Part shown: positions 26,700 through 38,286 of the stretch, piece after piece
Layout: the number at the start of each line of letters is the position of its first letter
Numbering within the stretch: the first letter of the stretch is position 1
Origin: Raillietiella orientalis
Lineage: Eukaryota
Length of the DNA stretch: 64,000 nt
NCBI GenBank assembly: GCA_036172245.1
Contig: JAYWIR010000043.1
Location: 1,364,001-1,428,000, forward strand
Direction of reading: 5' to 3'
The notes under the pieces: model-generated
Databases searched by the model: none
What the model saw: only the letters and a program-made list of their open reading frames with translations
What the model was told of the DNA's origin: nothing
Position numbers and translations under genes: made by a program

Positions 26700-28450
26700 C
26701 AGCAGTTTTGGTATTTATGAGATACTACAAATGTCCGTGGACCGCATCTCTCAACATTGCCATTAACTTTAAAGAAATTCTGTGCCAAATCATTTCTATT
26801 CTTTTTATATCTACAATGATTAATGAAGAATTTGTGGTTTCTAAGGTTCACAGTCATGAGAGCACACATAGAAGACCTGGGAACTGCGACTTGTCTGTTT
26901 CGACAACGAGCGGAATGAGTGATCTTCAAAAGCTAAACTTTAAACACATAAGTTCAATTTCCCTTTACATTTTTTTCTCTTATTGAAAATGGGCGAGGCC
27001 TCAAATTTAGTACACTGATCACATTCAGAAATTTTATCTCCAGTAGATTTACAGAATATCAGATCTTTCGACATGCTATAAAAGCAGTCCATGTGCATAC
27101 AATGTATTTTTTTATGTAATGAATTTGAACCACAATATCAGAAGACAAAGATCCAAAATAAAAAACCACCCACAGGCTTTTTATTCTGAATTGGCAGGCT
27201 TCTCCACAATTTCTGAAAACTAATTACTTAATAGTTTCCCATGTTGGAAGAAGAATTTCTAAAATCCAATCTATACATCTATAAATCGTTCTTGGAAAAC
27301 CCAAAGTTATCTAACACATAAACAATAATACATGAATTTGATATGGAATTTGTCTGGATTATGGAATAAATTTAATCCTTATAGAAAGTATACTTAATGA
27401 AATCATGAGTCACTTTTCCTTTGCATGTATTTTTATCCAACAAGTAGCATTAAATGGGTCCAACAAACCTGATTTTGCCATGAAACTTGACTTTTTGAAT
27501 TTTTTTTCAATTTATTGCAAATTTCATTTGGAGTTCGAGGGGCATCACTTGTAAATAAAACAATTTTAATTTTAATTTCAAGATTTCAACATAGAGAATA
27601 TGAAAAACTACTGCTCCTGATATGATTCTCACATTTTAATATGACAAAAGCAGTTCAAAGCAAAAAGCACCATCTTGAGATGTCTTTGCAAGATAAAAGC
27701 CATTTAAGGACGTTTTCAGGTAATCATGACTTTTAACACATTTCAGCTGATCTAATCCTGCCATCAATGTGATACTGACTTCAAATAACATATGTATGGC
27801 ATGAGGAAATCTGATTTTGGTGTATCTAACTTTGGCTGTTGCAGTTCTCATCGTTATCACGAGTGCATATTCCAAGGAAATGCACTTTGGCATTAGTGAG
27901 CATTTTTCATGATCTCTACTGTTTTCACCGGCATGCAGAACCAAACATATTCCATCATTATGAAACTAATGTTGATTCTGAAAATCGTGATTGCATTCAT
28001 GGTTTCTAGCAAGATCAGACTTCCCTTGTTTGTCTAGATAATTATTGAGGAATTTATTTTCGGTGTCTTGAGTCAGGGAGCAAATTCGGCATGAATCTGC
28101 AGATGTCTTGAAGAGCATATCCATCATTGTGTGTTTCAGTTATATTTTTAATCTGAAAGTTTCCATAGGTTTCTTCATCTGTCATTTTCAATTTTATGCT
28201 GCTAATCTTTATATGTAGATTAATGCATCCTACACAGCTGATTTCATCCAAAAAATTCTCCTAAACCATCAATGTCTTCTATTCTGTGTGCTCTGTCTTG
28301 GATGTGACCATTTTAACCCTTATTACACTTGAACTGATGCCTTTACCACGTACATTTTTCTCAAGGGAATGATCAATAGGAATTGCTTTACCAAAATGCA
28401 TTCTTTTATTTGCTCTATGCCCACATAAAAATCAACATAGTTTCTCAATG
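26700..28450 (-). mobile_element. Decayed DNA-transposon relic: Mutator-like/Kolobok-like transposase followed by a YqaJ/lambda-exonuclease-like domain
   Basis: HSLEKNVRG (~28370), CINLHIK (~28225), LHAGENSRDHEKC, MPKCISLEY..MRTATA (~27940-27840); downstream KFEASP (~27005, GASPD-like) and EIELMC (~26955, IEIKC-like). Many stops; no termini identified. Confidence 0.4.
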
Positions 28451-30378
28451 AAGGTGGTATTTGTCTGTAGACCAGTTTCAGTTTAGTCCAACAACTCTTC
28501 AAAATCTTGGAACTTCTATTGACATCGTTTTTCCTTTTAGATTCTTACTTACTTCACATGGAAAAAGCATTAAGACAATTCGACTTTCCATTGCTAAACT
28601 ATTAGCAAGTTTCTCAGATTACTAACAAGGAAATATGAAGAAGTTTTTAGAAGCATATTTATATTCGACTTTAATCACTCTACATCTCATCTACCTATCT
28701 CAGTGATCTTTCTGAAGTAGCATGTAACAATGACAGCTAATAAATTTCCCCATCTCACTAGACTCTCATATATTGTGACATCAGAAGTGCATATGAATTT
28801 TATATTTTGATTTCATATGCTGGAGACATGGTTACACTGATGAATTTCTTCAACATAATACTCTGGTAAGTAAGTGATTAGCAATCTGCTGAACTTTGCA
28901 TTATATTGCACAGATATTTGCTTGTTCAAAAAAAGATACTATATGTTTTCTATTATTAGAAGACCATCAAAGTTGCGATAAGGCTACATACTGAGAAGAG
29001 AATACTGTTTCAGTGTCCCTCAGACTGTTAAATGAAATTTACTCTAAATTTATAAAATCCAGAGTATCATGGAGAGGTTGTATTCCTTCTGCAAAATCTC
29101 TATTGCAAATACTTTATACTGTACCTTTCTGCTTTGACTTCTTCGAGATTTCATTTGTATCAAAATAGTTTGGTCAGATATTGTGTTCCCTTTGATTTCT
29201 TGTTTCTATTTAATCATTTCTGTTTTACATTTTCTAAGCTGGAACCTAATCAGCAGTGTGATCAACACACATAACTTTAGTTACTTTCTTGTTCTGAGCA
29301 TCAACAAACTTCATTTCTCAACATACTCCCTAGTCTCAGCATATTTTGCAATGATTTCCTGATAAAGAAACCCTTTGAGTACAAGCTCACCAAAGTACGT
29401 GTTTTCCAGGGTTATATCAATTAAACTCAGGCTTATTGCACGGAGAACATTTCACATCAAGTCAAGGAGCATGAAATCACGCTTATCTGAAGAAATGCAA
29501 TGCAACCACTATAAAACTGCTATCAGAAGAGGCAAAATTACAGTTTCCTCCATCCTTTAAGCTTTTCTCTGAACTTTCTAGTCCTTCCACTTAACGAGAG
29601 AAAGCTTATCTTAAACACAGTAAAACGAAAGTGAACATCGGATCAGACATCGGGAAAATACGAATCCATGCAAAACTGAGATCTCGAGTCGCAGCCGTTT
29701 CTAATTCACATTTGAACTTTGTTAAGGAAACTCATAAAAATTTTCCACATATTATAAATCTATAGCATTTTTTTTCATTTTTCGCCCTTTACTTGCGCTA
29801 TCATTACCAGCAATTTTATTCTGATCCCATGCAGTTTTTTATTTAGCCTTTTGGTTCACGTGACTGCTGGTTCACGGCTTTCGTTTTCACGGGAAATTAC
29901 GAGATGCCTTAGGGGCAAACCCTTACACCCGCATTTTAATACGTAAAGTACTTCGAATTCTCATTTCTGTAAGCATCCACTGATTTACAGTGTCATTTCT
30001 TCACAGTAGCTATATTGAATTTTTTGTTCACAAATATTTCCACATTACCTAATGGCCAACCATTTTTTCCATTTCTCGCGTATTTGACACCTGGGAATTT
30101 TTGGATAACATTTTTATTACAGCATTGTGCTTTTCGTTTTGGGTGGAAAAAGCTGATAGACAGAAACGGCACTTTTTTCGATGACCATTTTTCAATACCC
30201 TCATTCGAACGGCAAGCATTCTGCACGGTCTTCCTTGGAACAGCGAGCAGCGCGGAAGTTCAACTCTGCGCACGTTTTGCCAGCAGCCGCGCGTGCACAT
30301 ACGTACGTACACACGTAAGTGTGTACGTATGCATTTACTCATGCGTAAATGAACGCTTATGTACACACACACGCATGT

Positions 30379-30382
<4 letters not shown>

Positions 30383-30415
<33 letters not shown>

Positions 30416-30436
30416 GAGAGAGAGAGAGAGAGAGAG
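30383..30436. repeat. Compound microsatellite (AT)n-(AG)n
   Basis: Visible directly in the sequence. Confidence 0.95.
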
Positions 30437-31506
30437 GGGGGAGAAATGTGAATTTATAAAAATTATCAAGTTATGAATTCTAGTGATGGTAATTTGTTTT
30501 TCGTGTGAATCATGCTGGAAAAAGAAAAAAAAATCTTCAATAACTTTTTTCATTTTGAAAGCGCTTCCCCCCCCCCCCCCCAATTAATCATACACGATTT
30601 CGTTAACCAATCGCTGTTTTTGTATCTAATAATTAAAGCTGTAGATATCTCGTGCAAGCCATCGATGGCTTCAAAATGGAGAAAGGCCGACTTTCTTAGG
30701 AAATAGAACCGAGAAATGATTTCTGGTTAAAATTAATTCCTTGAATTTACGACTGTTTTTAATTTACATAGACGATCTCAAGTCTACAACTGAGATAACA
30801 GAACACCTGGTAAAATTACAGATTGATACGTCTAGAGCAAATTCCTAGAATAAATTGAATTTCATAAGTTAAAACACGAGAGTCTCCATGTCTTTCGTTA
30901 ATGCTTATCTCCTTTAAAATCCAAGATTTCAAATGTTGAAAACAAATGATTTTAGAAAAAAAAAAGAAAAAATCAACAGACTTCACGCACACCCATGTTG
31001 TAAACACAAGTTACCTTGCTTCACAGAAAGTCGTGTTTCAGCTTTCTAGTTTATTGTCCTTCGTGTAATCACGCGGGGAGGAGGACTTTCGAGTATAATT
31101 CCAAAACCGAAACCTTTTCCATCCACATGATGTACAGATTTTTAGGATCAGAGCATCCACTCCTGTATGATGATGTTTCGTTGAATCGAAAACATGAAAA
31201 CGGTTCAAGTTTGCACTTTCGAACCAGCTTTCATCGGTATTTTGAGCTTTATTTTTGCAACGAAATTGAGGTGATACCCCTTGCAGGGCCTTTCCCGGCG
31301 CATTGTTTATAGTTGTGCGAAGTGTTACCGTTGTGTTCAGCCCGGCCCTCTGTCATCTGCTTTTGAAGGTTTCACGAAAATGTAGTGCACTTTTTTCAAA
31401 TGAGGCTTGACTTCGGGATAGTACATCAGAATTACTATGTATTATTCCAATACATCCCAATGTTGAAAGACATTGCTAACAGGATATAAAATTAGTGCTT
31501 CTCAAA

Positions 31507-32532
31507 ATGGGTGAGAAAAAAATGATTACGGGTGTTGCGTTTTAGCATTATGTACTGCTTTCCATAAGTACTCTTTCATCCTAATACTTGTTAATGTGCA
31601 GGTCGAGAAACCAAGGAGTGTCTTACTCGTATTCCGTATGCCACCTTGATTGCCTCAATCATGTGTGGTTTGGGCTTAGCGGTGTTTTGTTGGACCATGT
31701 TTCGTGGTTTCACCCTTTGTATGAGATTATCTGAGGAAGTATTTCATGTAAAAATTCAGTGGTAAGAAGTTTCAGATTTTGTTGCCAAGTGGTATAGTGT
31801 ATGATGTGATTTCAAGGTTGGAGACTTTGCAGTTATCTTTTGTTGTGTTGAGTGCAGTTATGGGAGCGATTGGAATTATTTTATTGCTTGTAGGCTGTTT
31901 AGCAACTGGTGCAACGCGTTTATCGGTTTATAAATTAAAGAAAACACAAATGGGTGGCCAAATATCCTGTGCAATAGTATGGATACTTTTTGAATTTCGT
32001 TTTAATAATCTTTTTGCAGTTCATGATTATTGCATATGTCCTGGAACTTATATGGCTTATTGTGTTATGTTCTATTGTTTTAATAACAATGGTATTCACA
32101 GTTTTTTGGGGTATGTGCACAAGCCATCGAGTACAAGTGGATAATCAGTGTATTGACTTAAACCAATTTGGTGAGACATGAACAAAAAATATGTTGGTAA
32201 CCACGATTTCCTAGCATTCCTGTTTCCAAATCATATGTCCACTGATCAGCTTTCAGTGTGTGATATTGGGGAAGTGAAACTGTTCTGCAAGGACTATGTG
32301 GAAAATGCTGAAATCATGTTTATCTTGGCAACTGTGGGCTGTTTGCTTATCATCTTGAGCCTGGTAACTACTCCAACGTGTTTTTTGCTCAATTTTTGTG
32401 TAGATCCATTACCTTATGTGCCTGGCAGCTAATTATGCTCACATCAAGGATGTAGATAAGATTTGTGATTTGGAAGAAATCCAGAAATATCAAGAATGTG
32501 AGATGCTTGCAATGTCTAAAGACTGCTATTAA
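31507..32532 (+). CDS. M6: Proteolipid protein / neuronal membrane glycoprotein M6 homolog; 6 coding exons, 250 aa
   Basis: Exons 31507-31510, 31602-31761, 31817-31976, 32020-32170, 32215-32363, 32404-32532 (753 nt, GT-AG). CLTRIPYATLIASIMC, GCLATGATR, KLFCKDYVE, HYLMCLAANYAHIKD and four hydrophobic segments match the PLP/M6 family. Confidence 0.95.
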
Positions 32533-32836
32533 AATTGATTAACTGGAGATACACAAATAGCTGTATTTTACATAATGATGACCAGTGTTGGGCTTAACAA
32601 TATGGAACTGTACCAGGAAGTGAAAACTGCTCTTAGGTACAAAACTATTACAAAATTCTGAGATTGCGATGCAGAATATTAAGAATTCAAAAGGGACTAT
32701 CATACAGGAATCAAACATTAAGTACAAGGCTGACATTTAATCAGGAAAATTGAACAATAAATTTGAACTGAAAGACAACAATGTGAAGATAATTGCAACA
32801 AATACTGGCATGACTAGGTATCAAAGAAAGATAACA

Positions 32837-34077
32837 TCATTTATCATGGTGCAATAAATGATAGATATACTCAGCACGATAGCGGAAAGGACTTTGGCAC
32901 TGCTCACATATAAACTGAAATTTATCACCCTGAGGTGGTTGTCCACTACTGACTAGTTCACTAAGCACAGCTGGATCTGGATCCAACATGCTTTTGAACT
33001 GAAATGGTTCACATTTTGGAAGAACTACTTCCACATCAGGTAATGTTTCATGTTTTCTGCCATTCTTATGTTGGGCAGGAAGCATTTTGGGGCGTGAAAA
33101 CCGGACACAGGATGCTTTGCTTGGTTCTTTTTCAATAAGTTTTCTTCTCTTCTTACAAGCATCAACATCTGGAGCTGCTCCAGAGCGTATTGGGGGTACC
33201 CTGATTTGGTTATTACCATCTGGATTTTCTGCTGACTGAGGATGCTGGACTTCAATGTGTCTTTGCAAGACAAATTTGCGGGTATATGCTGCTGAACACA
33301 AGTGACAAGCAAATGGCCGCTCTCCGGTATGCACCAAAATATGCCGCTTCAAGGCTGTTGTACCAGAACATAATCGCTGACAAAAAGGACACTGCTTTTT
33401 GTGTTCAGCTCGAATGTTTGCATTCCGTTCCCGTTTAGGTGAACCACAGTTATCGGATTCTTCATCAATAGATACAGAACAAAAGTTGATAGGATCTACT
33501 GTTTCCTTTTCTTCATGTTCATCAATGACTAGATCACCTTCATCAGGAAGATCATCTTCCAGACAAGATTTGGATGCACTGGGTATACTTTGACTAGATG
33601 GAAGGATACAATGAGCAGAGCCATGAGGGATGAAAGAGGCATGATTAGCTTGTTCTGCTTGACTAGTAGGAGTAAGATTGGTAGAATAATCAACTACACA
33701 TGCCATGTCATGTTCTTGAGAATCCTTGTCTATTTGTGGATTATCAGCACAACTTATGTGCCTTTGGGAAACATTTTCTGAATTTCTTCTTGACACTGAG
33801 TAATCATGTTTGCCACATGATGCATGATTAGATAACATGAGCAGCTGAGATTGCATGCGGCCACAGCCAAAGCCATTGCAGGTCTGATGAGATGGCATCA
33901 AAAAAGCACTCCTTTTATGCTGCAGTACAAAGGATGATGCCTTTTCTAGTTCACTAAAATCTTGTTTGTCAAATGAATCTTCTTTCACATGATATGAAAA
34001 ATGCATCAGCATTTGTGAGTAAGAGGACAGCTTTTCTGAACAAATTGGACATTCCAATTCACATGCTATCAAAGATT
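32837..34077 (-). CDS. Terminal exon of a C2H2 zinc-finger transcription factor (4 fingers)
   Basis: CPIC..H..H; CPFC..HILVH-TGERPF-CHLC..HIEVQH; CEQC..HLLHH. Preceded by a long polypyrimidine tract and CAG acceptor (AG at 34079-34078, phase 1); no start codon at the exon edge. Confidence 0.9.
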
Positions 34078-37000
34078 CTGTGGGGAGAAAAAAAAGAAAA
34101 AAAAAGAAAAAAAAAAAAGCATTAATATTGAACAAATTTCTTTTGTTATTTTATGCTAAAATTCAAAATGAATACTGAACTTCGTAAAACCATGAAGAGA
34201 TTTCAAGTCTGTGTGTAATTTTGACGTTGTGATAAAATATGTTAAAATGCTGTCACATTTCATTCTCAACAATAACAATGTCAGACTAAATAGATGGATG
34301 ATACAATATGGGGTACCAAAACCACATGATTGTTAGATCACTTGAGAAGGTTTTTCATAACCTTTCCCAGCACATTAATTTTGTACACTTTTTTACACTG
34401 TAACACCAAGCAAACAAATTAAGTGGAAACCAAAAATAAAACAATAAAAAATGCTTATTTCAAAAATCAAGAGCAACCAATTTACTGGCATTGCAGGTGA
34501 ACATAATATACTTGGGGATCATAACAGCATTACTTGAAGAGCCATCACCTAGGATACTAAAAATGTGCAAGTACCTGACTAACTGAAAAGAAAACTATTG
34601 TACTTCTTTTCCGTTTGGTAAATGTTAAATTACCAAAATGAAATGGTACTTCTTGAAAAGTTTGGATGAAGGTTTAGAGCAAAATAAAATACCAAATATT
34701 TGAAATAGAATTATGACACACAGCTTACTAAACTCTCAATACATGAAAGACAATAAAATTTAAAGTCAGGTGTATAACAACACTTCATAGACAGCAGTAC
34801 TTATCAATTAAAATTTCAAGTATGTCATTCCTGATTGTGTTTTTCAAATACCAAGATAACAATTTCAAGTCCAGACTACAAACCTTTGTTACCTATAGCC
34901 ATGCAAATGTAGCACCATAAAATATATACTCGGTTTACCACATTATAATCTAGAGTTCCGTCATGACAGTTCAAGGATGATTTATATCTATAGTTTACCA
35001 CTCAAATTTAACAAAAAAGATTCAAATTAGAGCATTAAATCCATTTGCATTTGTAATGACCAAATACTGACAATACTTTTCCTGCAACACATTAATATCA
35101 CACACAAAATAATTTAAACAATTTAACTTCAACCTCAGCTATCTTCCTAAATACCCTCATGAAGAAACAAGTGCATAATAGCAAAAGCATAGCTTATTGA
35201 AGAGTGTAAAATGGAAGCATTTTAACATTAGAATGCTAAAATGTGGGAATTGTAAAAAAGACACATTCATGGTTTCAACGATATTTTGTATGATGAAAGC
35301 TTTTAAAAAAAGTACAAAAACAACTTCATGCAATATATATGCTTGAAAGCATCTTTTGGAGGGTCTTTGAGCAAATATAACTGAATACACTCATAGTGAA
35401 CAGGAAGGTAAAAGAAATGAATGTTTAAATGCTGCTAAAAATGCTAATAACTAGATGATAACCTTAGATACAACTTGATTTATGAAAAGCATCTTTAGCA
35501 AAATTATATGAAGTCTAAAAGCTACAAAGCACTATTAAGAAACAAAAACAAAAACCGTAAGAAAAGTCCAATGTCCAACTTCAAATGTTTCAAATGTTCC
35601 AACTTCAAATATTTACTTTAGGAAAAAGAGGTGCATAAACATGTTTGATGTTTCATGAATTGAAAATTCAAGATCACATAGCAAATGATTTAGAATAAAA
35701 AAATTTGACCGATAGCAAACAATCAAAGAGATCAATTAAACATCTGATAAGGGCAGACGAAACACTAGTTCATAGCCAAAAAAAAAGGGCAAATCATTAG
35801 ACTATTCAATTTTGAACAGAGACAAAAAAAAAAAATTAATATATCAAGTAGAACCTATACAATCAAAAGCAACTCAAAAACGCGAAATCTATACTCAAAA
35901 ATTTCATTGGATCACTTTTCAAACCTTAAAAACTATTGCACATCTTAATGAATAAATACATGACAATAGTCTGAATAACACACAGGTTACACATGGATTA
36001 CACAAAATAATTGTTGCAACATTGGAGATTATCCACAAGTTGATTTATTTACAAATTTATAAAATATGCAGGACATATTAAAAAAAGCTCCCCTTAATAA
36101 CTTCACGAATCCATACTTGGCACCCACATTTTTTATGATGCCAATGATTTTACTATAGTAAAAGTTCTTAAGGAATCAAATCAATGTGGATCCACCAAAC
36201 TTTAAGATCACTCCAACAAGAACCTATTTGCAACTGACTTAAAATTGCCTCAAGCAAGAGCAAAAGTGCCCTGAACTTTGGTAACTGTGCAAACAGCCAT
36301 CACAAAAAATTCCTACAAACAAACAACACGATCTCGGTTAAATAGCTCCCCTTAATGCATATTCTGAATAATTAATATGCCTCGCCGAAATAGGAGAAAA
36401 AAAAACGTATTCTTGAAGATCCAAGAATTATGAAATCCTCAATTTCATAAGTAAACATGCAAGCATTACGTGCTGCCTGAAATCATAAATTCCAGTCTAA
36501 AACAAATCTTTGAAAATGACTCCTATTGCAAATTCTGCTACTCAATTTAATCCCTTGGGAAACAAGTCAAGTCTAATCCTGAGAATATCTGATAGTACTC
36601 AGAATTCCTTTTCCATGCATTAATTTGAATCATTTGTACCAGACTTCACAGTTTGAATAAAGCACCAATACATAAGGTTAAGGAGCAAACTTTTTGGAAA
36701 AATGCCTATAATCTGACTAAGCTTCCATTGTAGCCATCAGAACATCAGAACTTTTACATTCAAAAAAACATAGGGTTGAAGAGGTGGACACAACTGATTC
36801 TTATTCATCGTATTGTAGAAACTAACCATATTATTGCTTACTTTGTAACTATTTAAAGACTTACACAGTGAATTTACATAAAAATTTCTTAACTGTTACA
36901 ATTTGTTGTATTTCATAGCATTTTAAAGTCATTTTTACTTTTTACACCACATTTGTTTTTTCTCCCCCATAAGTCTGAACTAATTTTCATGCCATTTACA

Positions 37001-37817
37001 ACCATGCCAAAACATTTGAAATGTTTGATTTCCCAAATCTCACCAGTTTAGCACTTATATTACATATCATAAAACACAAGCAAGTAGAAATCAAAAAACG
37101 GCTATACGAGACAACAAACTAAGCTGTAATAATTTCCCTTACTAAGGTCAGTGTGTTGGAACATAATCTAAGGCACTTTATTTGAAAAAGTGATAATCAT
37201 TATTGTAAAGGTAGTGGCATATGCTTTAAGGTATCTAATAATATTAAAGCACCATTTCTTAAATACATATGGAAATATTCCTTTCACAAATTAATATTTA
37301 TTCACCTTTGGTTCAAAAAGCTGCTAACTGGTTGGACCACAAAGTAGAGTTCCTAAGATTATCAGTAAAGCCTTTATCCAATTCACTCACAAAATAAGAA
37401 ATCATTAATCATTCTGTCTCGGCCATCAATAATTACTATACCATAAACAACATGCTCGAGGTTATTTTTCCAGCGTAATCTTAAATGCTGATTCTGCGAG
37501 TAATTCAGGTACAGGAGATAGAGAGCATTGTAGATAAGATTGAGAAAAAATGATGACCCCCAAATGTTGCAGACACATATATTTAAATCAGAATTTCAAT
37601 TTTAATGTTTCTTAGTTTATAAATAATTTATCAATAACAAAAAATGATTTATGCTACTTCACAAGACCATTTCAGAAAATGGTGATTTAGATGGCAAAAA
37701 TACATCAATAAAAACATTGATGGACCACATTTTTTCTTCTGAAATAGAAAATAATTTGCAATGCTATATTATAAAAACGAGGCTATTAGAAAGGTGTAGA
37801 ATTCAACATGGACTTAC

Positions 37818-38286
37818 CATAACTGAGATCCATTTCCTGAAGCATATGAGGTACTTGCAGACACTTAGAATTACTAAGATCTTCTGATGACTTTGCTCTT
37901 TTCATTGATTTAATATACAAATCAATCAACTGCTTATCAAAACTATTCTGAATCACATCTTTCGACGACTTTTTTATTTTTGCTATTGGTTCAGTACTTT
38001 TAGGTGAGAATTCCCAATTTACAATTGTAAACTTTTCTTTGAATTTACTTGTTTTGCGCTTGGGTATTTGTGAGAATCTGATTAATTTTTTCACACAACT
38101 TTCACATAAATACAAAGGATGAATTCCTTCTTTATCAAATGCTACATCAATTCCAGTAGCATGTCTGATGACTGCTGAATATTTGAATTTAGAAACATGA
38201 ATGTTATTGACAGAAGCCATCTTATCACAACCATTATGCAGCTTTTCACCACACAACCTACAGAGTGACGGCTTTTTTGATTCCAT
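37818..38286 (-). CDS. First coding exon encoding a RAG1-N-terminal/Chapa-like or ZAD-like zinc-binding domain; probable 5' exon of the C2H2 gene
   Basis: Uninterrupted ATG-initiated frame: LCRLCG..YSAVIRHATGIDVAFDKEGIHPLYLCESCVKKL..VNW. Consensus donor ATG|GTAAGT at 37818/37817 in phase 1, compatible with the 34077 and 37738 acceptors. Confidence 0.8.

Noticed and set aside
30304..30329. 11-bp hairpin with a GTAA loop
   Set aside because: Lies in low-complexity alternating purine-pyrimidine sequence next to a microsatellite, where such hairpins arise by chance.
34078..34135. Poly-Phe N-terminus of the 432-aa zinc-finger ORF
   Set aside because: It is the intron polypyrimidine tract upstream of the splice acceptor.
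35900..37450. CR1-like RT traces in the zinc-finger intron, or a continuation of a RAG1/Transib core after the RAG1-N-like exon
   Set aside because: Only scattered short matches for CR1; no open frame or recognisable RAG1/Transib core motifs were found.
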